Assembly (NCBI GenBank): GCA_963699965.1
Contig: CAVOVX010000008.1
Span: 202,353 to 266,352, forward strand
Direction: 5' to 3'
Length of the DNA: 64,000 bases
Source of the DNA: an uncultured Chloroflexia bacterium
GTDB lineage: Bacteria > Chloroflexota > Limnocylindria > Limnocylindrales > CSP1-4
In this document: positions 41,997 through 55,275 of the stretch, one piece after another
Position numbering within the stretch: the stretch's first letter is position 1
Layout: every line of letters begins with the position of its first letter
Translations under genes and position numbers: made by a program
The notes under the pieces: generated by a model
Database searches by the model: none
Told to the model about the DNA's origin: nothing
What the model saw: the letters and a program-made list of their open reading frames with translations, nothing else

Positions 41997-43078
41997 TGGA
42001 CCAGATCGCGACCTTCCTCGATTCGCTTCCGGTCATCGGCGTCTTCTTCCAGCTGATCGGCTATCTCGTCACCACCGTGCCGGTCATTGCTCCGATCTTC
42101 GTCGCGCTGGCGGCCCCGATCGCCCTCGGCGCCCTGTGCGGGATCATGAACGAGCGGTCCGGCATCGTGAACATCGGGATCGAAGGGATGATGCTGAGCT
42201 CCGCGTTCACCGCATTCCTGGTGGCTGCGCTCGTCGCCCAGGCCATGGGACCGATGAATCCTTCGCCGATCTTCGGGGCGACGATCCCGATCCTCGTCGG
42301 GGTGGCGGCGGCGGTAGCAATGGGCATGCTCGTGTCGCTACTCCATGCCTGGCTGTCGATCTCCATCCAGGCCGACCAGATCATCAGCGGGACGATCATC
42401 AACATCCTTGCCTTCGGCCTGACCGGGTACCTCAACCGGTTGATCATCTCGCCGAACCCACGTCTGGGCGCCGGCATCTTCCAGCCACTTGCCCTCCCCG
42501 GCTTCCTGGTCGATCTGCCGATCATCGGCTGGATCATCCGGGGGGCCTTCGCCCACGGCCCGATCACGATCTCGGTGCTGTTCCTCGTCGTGTTCCTTCA
42601 GATCTGGCTCTTCCGGTCGCGCTGGGGCCTGCGGACCCGGGCTGTCGGTGAGCATCCCAAGGCCGCCGAGACGGTCGGGATCGACGTCATCAAGCTGCGC
42701 TACCGGAATGTCGTCCTCGGCGGCGTCTTTGCCGGCCTCGCCGGGGCCTACCTCACGCTCGAGCAAAGCGGGTCGTTCCAGAACGGGATGACCAGCGGAC
42801 GGGGGTTCATCGCACTCGCCGCGGTGATCTTCGGGCGCTGGACGCCGCTCGGGTCGTTCGGGGCGGCCCTCCTCTTTACCGCCTCGGAAGCCCTTCGCGT
42901 TGCGATCAGCCTGACCCCGCCGACCGGCGGCCTGGGTGACGTCCTGCGGGTCATTCCGCCGGAGTTCTACGGGGCGCTCCCGTACGTGGTCACCCTGGTG
43001 GTCCTGGTGGCGGCGGTCGGCCGAAGCGTCCCTCCGGCGGCCGTCGGCAAGCCATACACGCGCGAGGCGAGGACGTGA
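41996..43078 (+). CDS. Nucleoside-type ABC permease
   Basis: ERSGIVNIGIEG, RAVGEHPKAA, GRGFIALAAVIFGRW. Confidence 0.93.
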   Translation: MDQIATFLDSLPVIGVFFQLIGYLVTTVPVIAPIFVALAAPIALGALCGIMNERSGIVNIGIEGMMLSSAFTAFLVAALVAQAMGPMNPSPIFGATIPILVGVAAAVAMGMLVSLLHAWLSISIQADQIISGTIINILAFGLTGYLNRLIISPNPRLGAGIFQPLALPGFLVDLPIIGWIIRGAFAHGPITISVLFLVVFLQIWLFRSRWGLRTRAVGEHPKAAETVGIDVIKLRYRNVVLGGVFAGLAGAYLTLEQSGSFQNGMTSGRGFIALAAVIFGRWTPLGSFGAALLFTASEALRVAISLTPPTGGLGDVLRVIPPEFYGALPYVVTLVVLVAAVGRSVPPAAVGKPYTREART

Positions 43079-43584
43079 CCCAGGATCTGAGGCAGGCCGA
43101 GCGGGGGCGCGCTCTCGCGGCCCTCGATCTCCAGGAGGGCCGGGGGCCAGTCCCGGCCCTCGACGACGCGGGGATCGCCGCCGTCCTCCGCACGTCCCGC
43201 CGAATCGCGATCGTCGGCGCGTCTCCCGATCCCGGCCGTCCGTCGTACGGGGTCATGCGCTACCTGATCCACCAGGGCTACGAATGCGTGCCGGTCAACC
43301 CCAACACCCGGGACGTGCTCGGGGTGCCGGCCTTCCGGACCGTGGTCGAGGCGGTGGCCGCCAGCGGCCCGGTCGACATCGTCGACGTGTTCCGCCGCTC
43401 GGAGCTGTGCCTGTCCCACGCCCAGGAGGCCGTCGCGGTTGGCGCCCGCTGCCTGTGGCTCCAGCTCGGGGTGGTCAACTGGGACGCCGCCCGGCTGGCG
43501 GCGGCCGGCGGACTGGCCGTCGTCATGGACCGCTGCACGGCGATCGAGCATCGCCGCCTGCGCGACCGTCCGTCCGGAACCTGA
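43075..43584 (+). CDS. CoA-binding protein (YccU-like)
   Basis: IAIVGAS, PVNP, DIVDVFR, LWLQLG, MDRC. Confidence 0.92.
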   Translation: MTQDLRQAERGRALAALDLQEGRGPVPALDDAGIAAVLRTSRRIAIVGASPDPGRPSYGVMRYLIHQGYECVPVNPNTRDVLGVPAFRTVVEAVAASGPVDIVDVFRRSELCLSHAQEAVAVGARCLWLQLGVVNWDAARLAAAGGLAVVMDRCTAIEHRRLRDRPSGT

Positions 43585-43596
43585 CGGCCGGGCCAA

Positions 43597-44097
43597 TCAG
43601 CTCCGCGGAGCGCCTTCCAGGACGAGCTCGATCTCGTCGCGGATCGGGATGCCGTGCTCGCCAATTCGGCCGATCGTCGGCTTCAGCTCGGCCCGGGCGC
43701 GGTCCACGGCTCCCGGCCTGACCGCGACGATCGCGAACCCGCGCCGCTGGTAGAACCTGAGCGCGCCGAGGTTGTCGTTCGTCGTCACGACCCAGATCCG
43801 TGGCCGGCCGACGGCGGTTGCGGCGGCCCACAGCCCGGACACCAGCGCGGAACCGGCACCTCGGCCAGGCGGGTCGGCAATGAGCGAGCTGAGCTCGATC
43901 GCGTCCGGCTCGAGCCGGTACGTGAGCAGCCCGGCCGGTCGGCCGTCGCGCTCGGCGACGAAGCCGAGGCCCGCGGCCAGGACGTCGACGAGCTCGTCAC
44001 GTCGAGCCTGGTTCCGTCCGCCGATCGGATCGAGGGCCTGTTGGGCCCAGGCTGCGTCGCTGGCCGCGTACGGGCGGACGACGAGCGCGGACGGCAT
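43597..44097 (-). CDS. GNAT N-acetyltransferase
   Basis: GRGAGSAL, TTNDNLGALRFYQRRGF. Confidence 0.9.
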   Translation of the reverse strand: MPSALVVRPYAASDAAWAQQALDPIGGRNQARRDELVDVLAAGLGFVAERDGRPAGLLTYRLEPDAIELSSLIADPPGRGAGSALVSGLWAAATAVGRPRIWVVTTNDNLGALRFYQRRGFAIVAVRPGAVDRARAELKPTIGRIGEHGIPIRDEIELVLEGAPRS

Positions 44098-44101
44098 CGG
44101 G

Positions 44102-44374
44102 TCAGCGGCCGAGCAGGCCCACGAGCACGAGGACGCCGCCGAAGATGGCGACGAGCGCCCCCATCCGGGCCTGCCGCTGGAGGATCTCCATGGCGACCGA
44201 CGCACCGGTCTTCGACTCGTCACGAAGGCCGCCCCGCCAGGCCTCGTAGCGGGCGATGTTCGCGTCCTGGGCCTTGAGCGCCCGATAGCGCTCCCACGGG
44301 CCGCGGGCGCGACTCAGCCCGATCACCACGAGGATTGCACCGCCCAGGATCAGGACCGCACTGACCGCTCCCAT
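44102..44374 (-). CDS. Small two-TM hypothetical protein
   Basis: TGATG overlap with the gatB stop; TM-ARYEAWRGG-TM. Confidence 0.75.
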   Translation of the reverse strand: MGAVSAVLILGGAILVVIGLSRARGPWERYRALKAQDANIARYEAWRGGLRDESKTGASVAMEILQRQARMGALVAIFGGVLVLVGLLGR

Positions 44375-45927
44375 CAGGGCCTGCCTCCGCTGTCCACATC
44401 CCCGTCGGACCCCGGCTCCAGGCGTCGTCGCACCGCCGCTCCGACGAGCGCGGCGTTGGCCTGGCCGCCGGTCGCCTTCATGACCTGGCCGACGAGGAAG
44501 CCGATCGTCGGCTTGCCGGCCCGGAAGTCGGCGACCGCCTTCGGGTTGTCCGCGATCACGTCCTCGACGAGGCGATCGAGCGCGACGGTGTCCGAGATCT
44601 GGCGGAACCCCCGGGCCTCGACGATCGCACCAACCGGCTTGCCCGAGGCGACATGCTCGTCGAGGACCTCGCGCGCGTTCGCCCGGCTGATCTCGCCGCC
44701 GACCACGCGCCGCACGAGATCGGCCAGCTCGGTCCCCGACGAGCGCCCGACGAGACCGTCCGGCGTCCGCTCGGAGGTGGCCTTGGCCGCCCGGGCGTAG
44801 TCGCCGCTGACCAGGTTGGCGACCTCCTTCGGCGGAAGATCCGGGTCGGCCTGCAGGACCGCCTCGAAGGCGGCCGACATGGCCGGGTCGACGACGATCA
44901 CGGCCGCGTCGTAGGCCGACAGCCCGAGCGACTGCTCGTAGCGCTCGCGCCGCTCGGCGGGCAGCTCGGGGATCGCCGCGCGGATGGCCGCCAGCCAGTC
45001 CGGCTCGACGCGGAGCGGAGGCAGGTCCGGTTCCGGGAAGTAGCGGTAGTCGTGCGAATCCTCCTTCGACCGCATGACGTAGGTCGAGCCGGTGGCGTCG
45101 TCCCAGCCGCGGGTGTCCTGGGTCAGGGTCTCGCCAGCCTCGAGGGCAGCCGCCTGGCGGGCGATCTCGAAGTCGATCGCCCGCTCGACGGCCCGGAACG
45201 AGTTCATGTTCTTGACCTCGACCCGGGTCCCGAACGCCTCCGTGCCGCGTCGTCGGAGCGACACGTTGGCTTCGACCCGGAGCTGGCCGCGCTCCATGTC
45301 CGCGTCGGACACGCCGATCGTCCGGAGGAGCAGCTGGAGCTCCTCGGCATAACGCCGCGCTCCCTCCGCGCTTCGGATGTCCGGATCGGTGACGATCTCC
45401 ATGAGTGGGGCCCCGGACCGGTTGAAGTCGATCAGGCTGACCTTCCGGCCGTCGGGATCGGTCGCGTGGATGAGCTTGGCCGTGTCCTCCTCGAGATGAG
45501 CCCGGGTGATCCCGATCTCGATCGGCCCGGCGCTGGTCGTGACCGTCAGCCGGCCATGAGCGGCGAGCGGCAGGTCGTACTGGCTGATCTGGTAGCCCTT
45601 GGGCAGGTCCGGATAGAAGTAGTTCTTCCGATCCCAGCGGGTCGCCTCCGGGGTGGATGCGCCGATCGCCGCGCCCGTCGCCAGAACGCCCTCGACCGCG
45701 CTCCGGTTGATCGTCGGAAGAGCGCCGGGAAGACCCAGGCAGACCGGGCAGGTATGGCTGTTCGGAGGCGCCCCGTCGTAGGCCGTCGAGCAGCCGCAGA
45801 ACATCTTGCTCGCGGTCCGCAGCTGGCAATGGACCTCGATGCCGATGACGGGCTCCCAGCGCTCGAGGACCGCGGACTGGGCAGGCGGTCCGGCCTCGAC
45901 CGGCTCCGGCGCGGCGCTCGCGCTCAT
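44374..45927 (-). CDS. gatB: Asp/Glu-tRNA amidotransferase subunit B
   Basis: IGIEVHCQL, RKNYFYPDLPKGYQISQ, DFNRSGAPLMEIV, YRYFPEPDL. Confidence 0.98.
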   Translation of the reverse strand: MSASAAPEPVEAGPPAQSAVLERWEPVIGIEVHCQLRTASKMFCGCSTAYDGAPPNSHTCPVCLGLPGALPTINRSAVEGVLATGAAIGASTPEATRWDRKNYFYPDLPKGYQISQYDLPLAAHGRLTVTTSAGPIEIGITRAHLEEDTAKLIHATDPDGRKVSLIDFNRSGAPLMEIVTDPDIRSAEGARRYAEELQLLLRTIGVSDADMERGQLRVEANVSLRRRGTEAFGTRVEVKNMNSFRAVERAIDFEIARQAAALEAGETLTQDTRGWDDATGSTYVMRSKEDSHDYRYFPEPDLPPLRVEPDWLAAIRAAIPELPAERRERYEQSLGLSAYDAAVIVVDPAMSAAFEAVLQADPDLPPKEVANLVSGDYARAAKATSERTPDGLVGRSSGTELADLVRRVVGGEISRANAREVLDEHVASGKPVGAIVEARGFRQISDTVALDRLVEDVIADNPKAVADFRAGKPTIGFLVGQVMKATGGQANAALVGAAVRRRLEPGSDGDVDSGGRP

Positions 45928-46184
45928 CGGATCGCGAGGCCCTCCACGCTCAGCGCCAGCCCGTAGCTGGCGACGATCAGCCAGCAGATCGCAACCGCGG
46001 TCCGGCGGGCGAACATCCGCACCCGCATCCGGGCCAGGACCGGGCGGGTCGCGTCGATCGCCCGGCGGGTCGGGTCACCGTCGTCGTGGATCATCGGTCC
46101 GAGCGCCTCACGGGCCACGACGTAGCCTCGCCATGTCCCGACGACGATCGCGACGACGCCACAGGCGATGAGCACCGGTCCCAC
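45924..46184 (-). CDS. Small two-TM hypothetical protein
   Basis: ATGA overlap with the gatB start; two hydrophobic helices. Confidence 0.7.
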   Translation of the reverse strand: MGPVLIACGVVAIVVGTWRGYVVAREALGPMIHDDGDPTRRAIDATRPVLARMRVRMFARRTAVAICWLIVASYGLALSVEGLAIR

Positions 46185-46308
46185 GGCGACAGTCTCTCAC
46201 AGCCGCCCAAGCGATCACCCGTCCGATCCTCAGCGGACCGCCCCGGACCCCCACGCCGGCCGGTGCGCGGCCGCCCCGGCACGATCGCGCCGGGCTTGCC
46301 GAGCCCGG

Positions 46309-47520
46309 TCAGGCGCGCTGGCGCCCGACGAACCGGCCGATCCGGCGGAGCGCCTCCTCGAGCTGATCGTACGCGGTCGCATAGCACATCCTGACGTGCC
46401 CCTCCCCCGAAGCGCCAAACGCGCTGCCCGGGACGACCGCGACCCGCTCCTCGACCAGGAGCCGCTCGGTGAACTGATCGGAGGTCAGGCCGGTCGCCGA
46501 GCTGACCTCCGGGAACGCGTAGAACGCCCCGCGCGGCTCGAACGTGCGCAGGCCCAGCGCGTTGAGCCCGTCGACGAGCAGTCGACGGCGCCGGTCGTAC
46601 TCGGCGACCATCCGCTCGACGTCCGACTCGCCGTGGAGGAGCGCCGCGAGCGCCGCATCCTGGGCGATCGTCGGCGCCGACATGATCCCGTACTGGTGGA
46701 CCTTGACGATCCCTTCGAGGATCCCGGCCGGCGCGCACAGGTAACCGACCCGCCAGCCGGTCATCGCATAGGCCTTGCTGAAGCCGCCCATGAGGATCGT
46801 CCGGTCGCGCATTCCGGGCAGCCCGGAGAACGCCCGGTGGCGGTACGAGCCGTAGGCCAGGCGGTCGTAGATCTCGTCGCTATAGACGAGCAGGTCGTGC
46901 TCCCGGGCGATCCTCGCGAGCTCGTCCTGGACGCCATCGGGCAGGACCGCTCCGGTTGGATTGCATGGGTAGCCGACGAACAGCGCCTTCGTCCGCGGGG
47001 TGATCGCCGCTTCGACCGCGGCCGGATCGAGGGCGAAGTCGTCCTCGAGCCGGGTCGCTACCTGGACCGGGATGCCGCCCGCGAACGTGATCGCCGGCAC
47101 GTAGGCGACATACGACGGCTCGTGGAGGATGACCTCGTCGCCCGGATCGCAGGTCGCCCGGAGGGCGAGATCGACCGCCTCGGATGCACCGACCGTGATG
47201 AGGATCTCGGTCGCAGGGTCGTACCGGACGTCGTACCTGGCCTGCAGGTGATCGGAGAGTGCCCGGCGCAGCTCGAGCGTGCCGTAGTTGCTCGTGTAGT
47301 GCGTCCGGCCGCGCATGAGGCTGGCGACGCCGGCCTCGACGATGTCGGCCGGCGTGTCGAAGTCGGGCTCGCCGACGCCCAGGCTGATGACGTCGTCCAT
47401 CGTGGCCAGGATGTCGAAGAACCGGCGGATCCCGGATGGCGGCACGTCGCGGACGCGCTGGCTCAGCGCGCGCTCGGCGAGCGGCGGCCGGTCGGTCGGC
47501 AAGCTCGTGTCGGTGGCCAT
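46309..47520 (-). CDS. PLP-dependent class I/II aminotransferase
   Basis: GEPDF, PCNPTG, SDEIY, GFSKAYAMTGWRVG. Confidence 0.95.
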   Translation of the reverse strand: MATDTSLPTDRPPLAERALSQRVRDVPPSGIRRFFDILATMDDVISLGVGEPDFDTPADIVEAGVASLMRGRTHYTSNYGTLELRRALSDHLQARYDVRYDPATEILITVGASEAVDLALRATCDPGDEVILHEPSYVAYVPAITFAGGIPVQVATRLEDDFALDPAAVEAAITPRTKALFVGYPCNPTGAVLPDGVQDELARIAREHDLLVYSDEIYDRLAYGSYRHRAFSGLPGMRDRTILMGGFSKAYAMTGWRVGYLCAPAGILEGIVKVHQYGIMSAPTIAQDAALAALLHGESDVERMVAEYDRRRRLLVDGLNALGLRTFEPRGAFYAFPEVSSATGLTSDQFTERLLVEERVAVVPGSAFGASGEGHVRMCYATAYDQLEEALRRIGRFVGRQRA

Positions 47521-47611
47521 CGCGCCGAGGATAGCGGCTCCAGCACGAGAGGGCGACCGTGGGTCGGCCGCTTCCGTGGATCCGGGCCGTCCAGGGCAGT
47601 CCAGCCAGCGC

Positions 47612-49162
47612 TCAATGGCAGCGTGACGTCCCGGCGTCGAGGACCGCACCCGAGTCGGCCTCGATGAACTGCCAGCCGTAGGAACCAAGGCCCAGGCTCA
47701 ACGAGAGCAGTCCCCATCTGGTGTCCTGGCGGAACTGGGTGATCTCGAGCGGAGCCCGGGTGAATGGCCTGAGCGCGGCCCCGCCGGTTCCGGCGACGAA
47801 CCCGCGGATGCCGTCGACGGCGGGCTGTCCGGCGGGGTTCGAGGGCGCCAACCGCTCGTAATCGTGGTCGTGGCCGGCCACGACCACATCGGCCCCGTGC
47901 GCGGCCAGGAGGCTCCACAGCGAGGCCATCGACGCGCCGCTCCCGTGCGCCCCCGAGCTGAACCGCGGGTGATGCCAGTACGCGAGCAGGCATGCCCGCG
48001 GATGAGCGGCCAGCGCCGACTTGAGCCAGCGGTACTGGGTGGACTTCGGGCCGCAACCGCCGATCTCCGCGCAATTCGAGTTGAGCGCGTAGACGTCCCA
48101 GCTCCCGACCCGGTATGCGTACCAGCCCTGCCCCGCCACCCCGGCCCGCGACCCGAAATAGGCGAAGTAGTCCGCCGCGTCCGGCGTCAGGTACTCGTGG
48201 TTGCCGGGCACCGGATGAACGCGCGACATGAGCGGTCCCCAGGACGGATTGAAGCAGTCACCGAAGTCCGCCGCCGAACCGGTCGGATAGGCGAGGTCGC
48301 CGATGAGCGCGATGGGTCCGGACAGGTTGCCGGCGAGCGATGCGGTCTGCTCGTCGCCGTCCGATTCGCAGTCGGCCACGTCGCCCACGGCGATCAGTGG
48401 CGTGGGCGCCACCGAGCGCAGGACGACGACACCGTCGAGATCGATCCGCGGGATCGGTCCACCGTGCGCAGCCAGTCCGACGGCGTGGACCGACTCGGTC
48501 GTGAACGACTCGACGGCCACGACCCTTCGGTAGGCGTTCCGGGTCGCGGTCAGCCGAACGGAGCCGGTGGTCGATCCGTCGAGCCAGACATCCCCGATGC
48601 CCCGGCCGGGACCGCGGGTCGCCACGATGGCCACCCCGAGCGCCGATCCGGTCCAGATCGCGCTCGCCCCGGGTTCGACGGTCGTCCGAACGTGACCGCC
48701 GAGATAGCCGGCATTGGTCGCGGTCGTCCATCGTCCGCGGTAGGCGATGCCCGGCGTTCTCTCGTTGAGGAGCTCGGCCTTGACCGGCAACGAGACCCGG
48801 GTCGTCGATCCCGCCGGGCCGGTCGCCGTGACGGCAAACCGGTAGGCCGCACCGAACGCGAGACGATACCCGGCACTGCGCGACCGCGGCGAGTCGAGCT
48901 GGATGTCACGCCATGGTCCTCCGGATCGGGTGACCCGCAGCCGGTAGCGCGAGATCGACCCCGAGCCCGGCGCCGGAGCCCAGCGAATCGTCACGGGCAC
49001 GCTCTTCGTGATGACAGCTCCACCGGGGACGAAGCGCACGATCGGAGGGCTCAGCCGGGGCAGGCTCGCCGCCCAGGCCGGACCCGCGCCGATAAGGAGA
49101 ACCAGGGCGAAGGACGCGGCGAGCGCAGCCATGCGTCTCATGGTCCGGGTGAGACCCCCCAT
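47612..49162 (-). CDS. Secreted metallophosphoesterase with N-terminal beta-sandwich domains
   Basis: Signal peptide; GD, GDLAY, PGNHEY, WHHP, AGHDHDYER. Confidence 0.88.
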   Translation of the reverse strand: MGGLTRTMRRMAALAASFALVLLIGAGPAWAASLPRLSPPIVRFVPGGAVITKSVPVTIRWAPAPGSGSISRYRLRVTRSGGPWRDIQLDSPRSRSAGYRLAFGAAYRFAVTATGPAGSTTRVSLPVKAELLNERTPGIAYRGRWTTATNAGYLGGHVRTTVEPGASAIWTGSALGVAIVATRGPGRGIGDVWLDGSTTGSVRLTATRNAYRRVVAVESFTTESVHAVGLAAHGGPIPRIDLDGVVVLRSVAPTPLIAVGDVADCESDGDEQTASLAGNLSGPIALIGDLAYPTGSAADFGDCFNPSWGPLMSRVHPVPGNHEYLTPDAADYFAYFGSRAGVAGQGWYAYRVGSWDVYALNSNCAEIGGCGPKSTQYRWLKSALAAHPRACLLAYWHHPRFSSGAHGSGASMASLWSLLAAHGADVVVAGHDHDYERLAPSNPAGQPAVDGIRGFVAGTGGAALRPFTRAPLEITQFRQDTRWGLLSLSLGLGSYGWQFIEADSGAVLDAGTSRCH

Positions 49163-49287
49163 TCGAGGACCCAGCGTATCAGGCTCGGCCGGGTGGCTCG
49201 AGCTGAAGTCGGCTCTGACGACTGGTCCCGCATCCGTCCGTCTGACCTCGTCGTAGCATCAATCGGACGAGGGAGGAGGTGACGTCG

Positions 49288-50139
49288 ATGCTCGGACGAC
49301 TGTTCATCCGGCTGATCGACGCGCAGGAGCCATGGGCACGCCCGTTCGGCGACTGGCTCCACCGGCTCGCCGACGCGATCTTCGGGCGAATGGTCCGCGT
49401 CCGCAGCCTGCTCAACGGAACCTGGCTCGGGCACCCGCTTCACGCGGTCGTGACCGATGCCCCGATCGGCGCACTGTTCCTCGTGATCGTGCTCGACGTC
49501 CTCGGCCAGCCGACCGCAGCGGACATCGCGCTCGTGTTCGGGATCCTCGCGATGCTCGCCTCGGCCGTCGTGGGGTTTGCCGACTACTCGGTGACCGACG
49601 GCAAGGCGCGGTCGCGGGCAACCGTCCACAGCACGCTGATGGTCATCGCCCTCCTCGTCTACGTCGCCTCGCTCGCCCTTCGCTCGGGATCCCCGGCCGA
49701 CCGCAGCGTGCCGATCGGCCTGTCGATCGTCGCCTTCCTGGTCCTGTCAGCCGGGGCGTTCGTCGGCGGCGACGTCGTGTTCGCGCTCGGCAACATGGTC
49801 GACCGTCACGCCTGGCGTCCGGCCGGCGCCAAGTGGACCTCGCTCGAGATCGGCGAGATCCCCGAGGGTGCCCCGGTCAAGGCGAAGCTGGGGCTGCAGA
49901 ACCTCGTCCTCGTCCGACAGGGTGAGACCATCCACGCGCTCCACGAGCAGTGCGCCCACGCCGGCGGCCCGCTCAGTGGCGGGCGGGTCGTCGACGGCTG
50001 CATCGAGTGCCCGTGGCACCAGTCACGGTTCGAGCTGGCGACCGGTCGGCGACGGCGTGGTCCGGCCGTCTACGACCAGCCGGCCTACGAAGTCCGCCCC
50101 GCCGAGGCCGGCGGCTACGAAGCCCGGCGGGTCTCCTGA
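49288..50139 (+). CDS. DUF2231 membrane domain + Rieske 2Fe-2S protein
   Basis: GHPLHAVVTDAPIG; CAHAGG...CPWH. Confidence 0.92.
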   Translation: MLGRLFIRLIDAQEPWARPFGDWLHRLADAIFGRMVRVRSLLNGTWLGHPLHAVVTDAPIGALFLVIVLDVLGQPTAADIALVFGILAMLASAVVGFADYSVTDGKARSRATVHSTLMVIALLVYVASLALRSGSPADRSVPIGLSIVAFLVLSAGAFVGGDVVFALGNMVDRHAWRPAGAKWTSLEIGEIPEGAPVKAKLGLQNLVLVRQGETIHALHEQCAHAGGPLSGGRVVDGCIECPWHQSRFELATGRRRRGPAVYDQPAYEVRPAEAGGYEARRVS

Positions 50140-50155
50140 CCTCGAACCCCGGACA

Positions 50156-51740
50156 TCAGGCGCCGGCCGCCAGCGCAGCGGCGCGTTCGGCGGGCGTCGG
50201 TCCCGTCGCGTCCCGGCTCGCGGCGAGATCGGTCGGCTCGAGTGACCGCCAGTCGGCGTTCGCAGTGATCGCCTCGTAGGCTCGGGCCAGGCGCAGCAGC
50301 TCGAGCTCGGTCCACGGGGCGCCGATGAGCTGGAGCCCGACCGGCAGGCCTTCCGAGAGACCGCACGGGATCGAGATGCCGGGCAGGCCGGCCATGTTGA
50401 CCGGGAGCGTGCAGGCGTCGTTGAGGTACATCGCCACCGGATCGGCCATCTTGGCGCCGAAGCGAAACGCGACGCCCGGGCTCGTCGGCGCGACGATCGC
50501 GTCGAAGCCCGCCGCCCAGACCGCGTCGAAGTCGGCCATGATCAGGGTCCGGACCTTCTGGGCCTTGAGGTAGAAGGCGTCGTAGTATCCGGCCGACAGG
50601 GCATACGTCCCGAGCATGATCCGGCGCTTAACCTCGGCCCCGAAGCCCGTCCCGCGCGTCGCGAGGTAGTTGGCCAGGACGTCGCCGTCGCGGGCGCCGG
50701 GGCCGTAGCGGATCCCGTCGTAGCGGGCGAGGTTCGCGGACGCCTCTGCCGGCGCGACGATGTAGTAGGTCGCCAACCCGTAGTCGGTGTGGGGCAGGCT
50801 CACCTCGTCGACGGTCGCCCCGGCGGCCTCGAGCGCGGCCACCGCCCCTCGGACGCGGGCCTCGCTGCCCGGCTCCATCCCGGCCACGAAGTACTCTCGC
50901 GGGAGCCCGAGTCGCTTGCCGCGCAGTCCGGTCGCGGCCTCGTCGTCCGAGGCCGGCAGCGCCAGCAGGCCGTCGGGCACCGCGACCGGCGCGGACGTCG
51001 AGTCGCGCTCGTCGCGGCCGGCGACCGCGTGGAGAAGCGCCGCCGCGTCTCGCGCGTCGCGGGCGAACGGCCCGATCTGATCGAGTGACGAGGCGAACGC
51101 GACGATCCCGTAGCGACTGACCCGGCCGTAGGTCGGCTTCATCCCGACGATGCCGGAGAGCGCGGCCGGCTGGCGGATCGAGCCGCCGGTATCGGTCCCG
51201 ATCGCGAGCGGGACGTGGAACGCGGCAACCGCGGCCGCCGAGCCGCCGACTGCTCCCACCGGGGACGCGATCGAGATCCCACGGGTTGGCCGTCGGCCCG
51301 TACGCCGAGTGCTCGGTCGACGAGCCCATGGCGAACTCGTCCATGTTCGTCTTGCCCACGATGACCGCACCGACAGCGTGGAGCCGCTCGGTAACATGCG
51401 CGTCATACGGGGCGACGTAGCCCTCGAGAATCCGCGAGCCGGCCGTGCACTGGCCACCCTTGACCGAAACGAGGTCCTTGAGCCCGACCGGGACGCCGAG
51501 CAACGGATGGAGGGCCTCGAGCGCGCCGGGGCCGGCCAAGCGGGCGGCGGCCAGTCGAGCGTCGGCCGCATCCGCCTCGGCCAGGGCGCGTTCACGGTCG
51601 ATCGTCAGCCATGCGTTGAGGGCACGGTTTCCAGCCTCGGCCGCCTCGAGCGCGGCCAGCGTCGCCTCGCGCGAGCTCAGCTCGCCGGCGTGCAGCCGCC
51701 CAGCCAGCTCATGGGCCAGGAGGCGGGTCGGGTCGGTCAT
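50156..51740 (-). CDS. gatA: Asp/Glu-tRNA amidotransferase subunit A (frameshift ~51255)
   Basis: [49 protein letters not shown]. Confidence 0.96.
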
Positions 51741-51783
51741 GGGGCTGGGTCGCCGCTCGGCATGGCCGGTGCCTGGGCGAGCG

Positions 51784-52080
51784 TCATTCGCCGCCGATGA
51801 TCGCCGGCACGACGATGAAGCCGTCTCGGTGCTCGGCCGCGTTCGCCAGGACCGTCTCCACCCGGAACGACGGCGTGACGACATCGTCCCGCAGGATGTT
51901 CTCGAGCTTGATCGTCTGGGCCGTCGGAGCGATCGCCTCGGTGTCGAGCTCGGCGAGCTTGGCGTACTGGTCGAGGATGTGGTTGAGCTCGCCCTCGAGC
52001 CGGGCCAGCTCCGAGTCGGTCAGACCGAGGCGGGCGAGATGGGCGACATGGGCGACGTCGTCGCGAGTGAGGGCGGCCAC
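51784..52080 (-). CDS. gatC: Asp/Glu-tRNA amidotransferase subunit C
   Basis: [15 protein letters not shown]...LRDD...VPAII. Confidence 0.95.
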   Translation of the reverse strand: MAALTRDDVAHVAHLARLGLTDSELARLEGELNHILDQYAKLAELDTEAIAPTAQTIKLENILRDDVVTPSFRVETVLANAAEHRDGFIVVPAIIGGE

Positions 52081-52118
52081 GTTCCGATGATAGCCGACCT
52101 GTTGAGCGCGCCGACCGC

Positions 52119-52212
52119 GGCAGCAGGCTTCACCACCAGCAGGATGCGATCGCCGGCGCCGTCCTCCACGTGTTGAATCCCCCACGGAGGGTACGGCCGA
52201 GCGATTGCTGCC
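52119..52212. repeat. Long intergenic hairpin between divergent promoters
   Basis: GGCAGCA/TGCTGCC, ATCGC/GCGAT, GCCGT/ACGGC, CCTC/GAGG, CGTG/CACG nested. Confidence 0.5.
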
Positions 52213-52252
52213 CGAGTGACGCCCGGATCCCCGAAGTCGTTACGATCGGGCG

Positions 52253-55275
<3,023 letters not shown>

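Noticed and set aside
52172-52200. TGAATCC...GGTACGG resembling the start of a c-di-AMP (ydaO) riboswitch
   Set aside because: Downstream conserved elements (GGGGAACC, GGGGTGAAT) are missing and the region lies upstream of the predicted -10.
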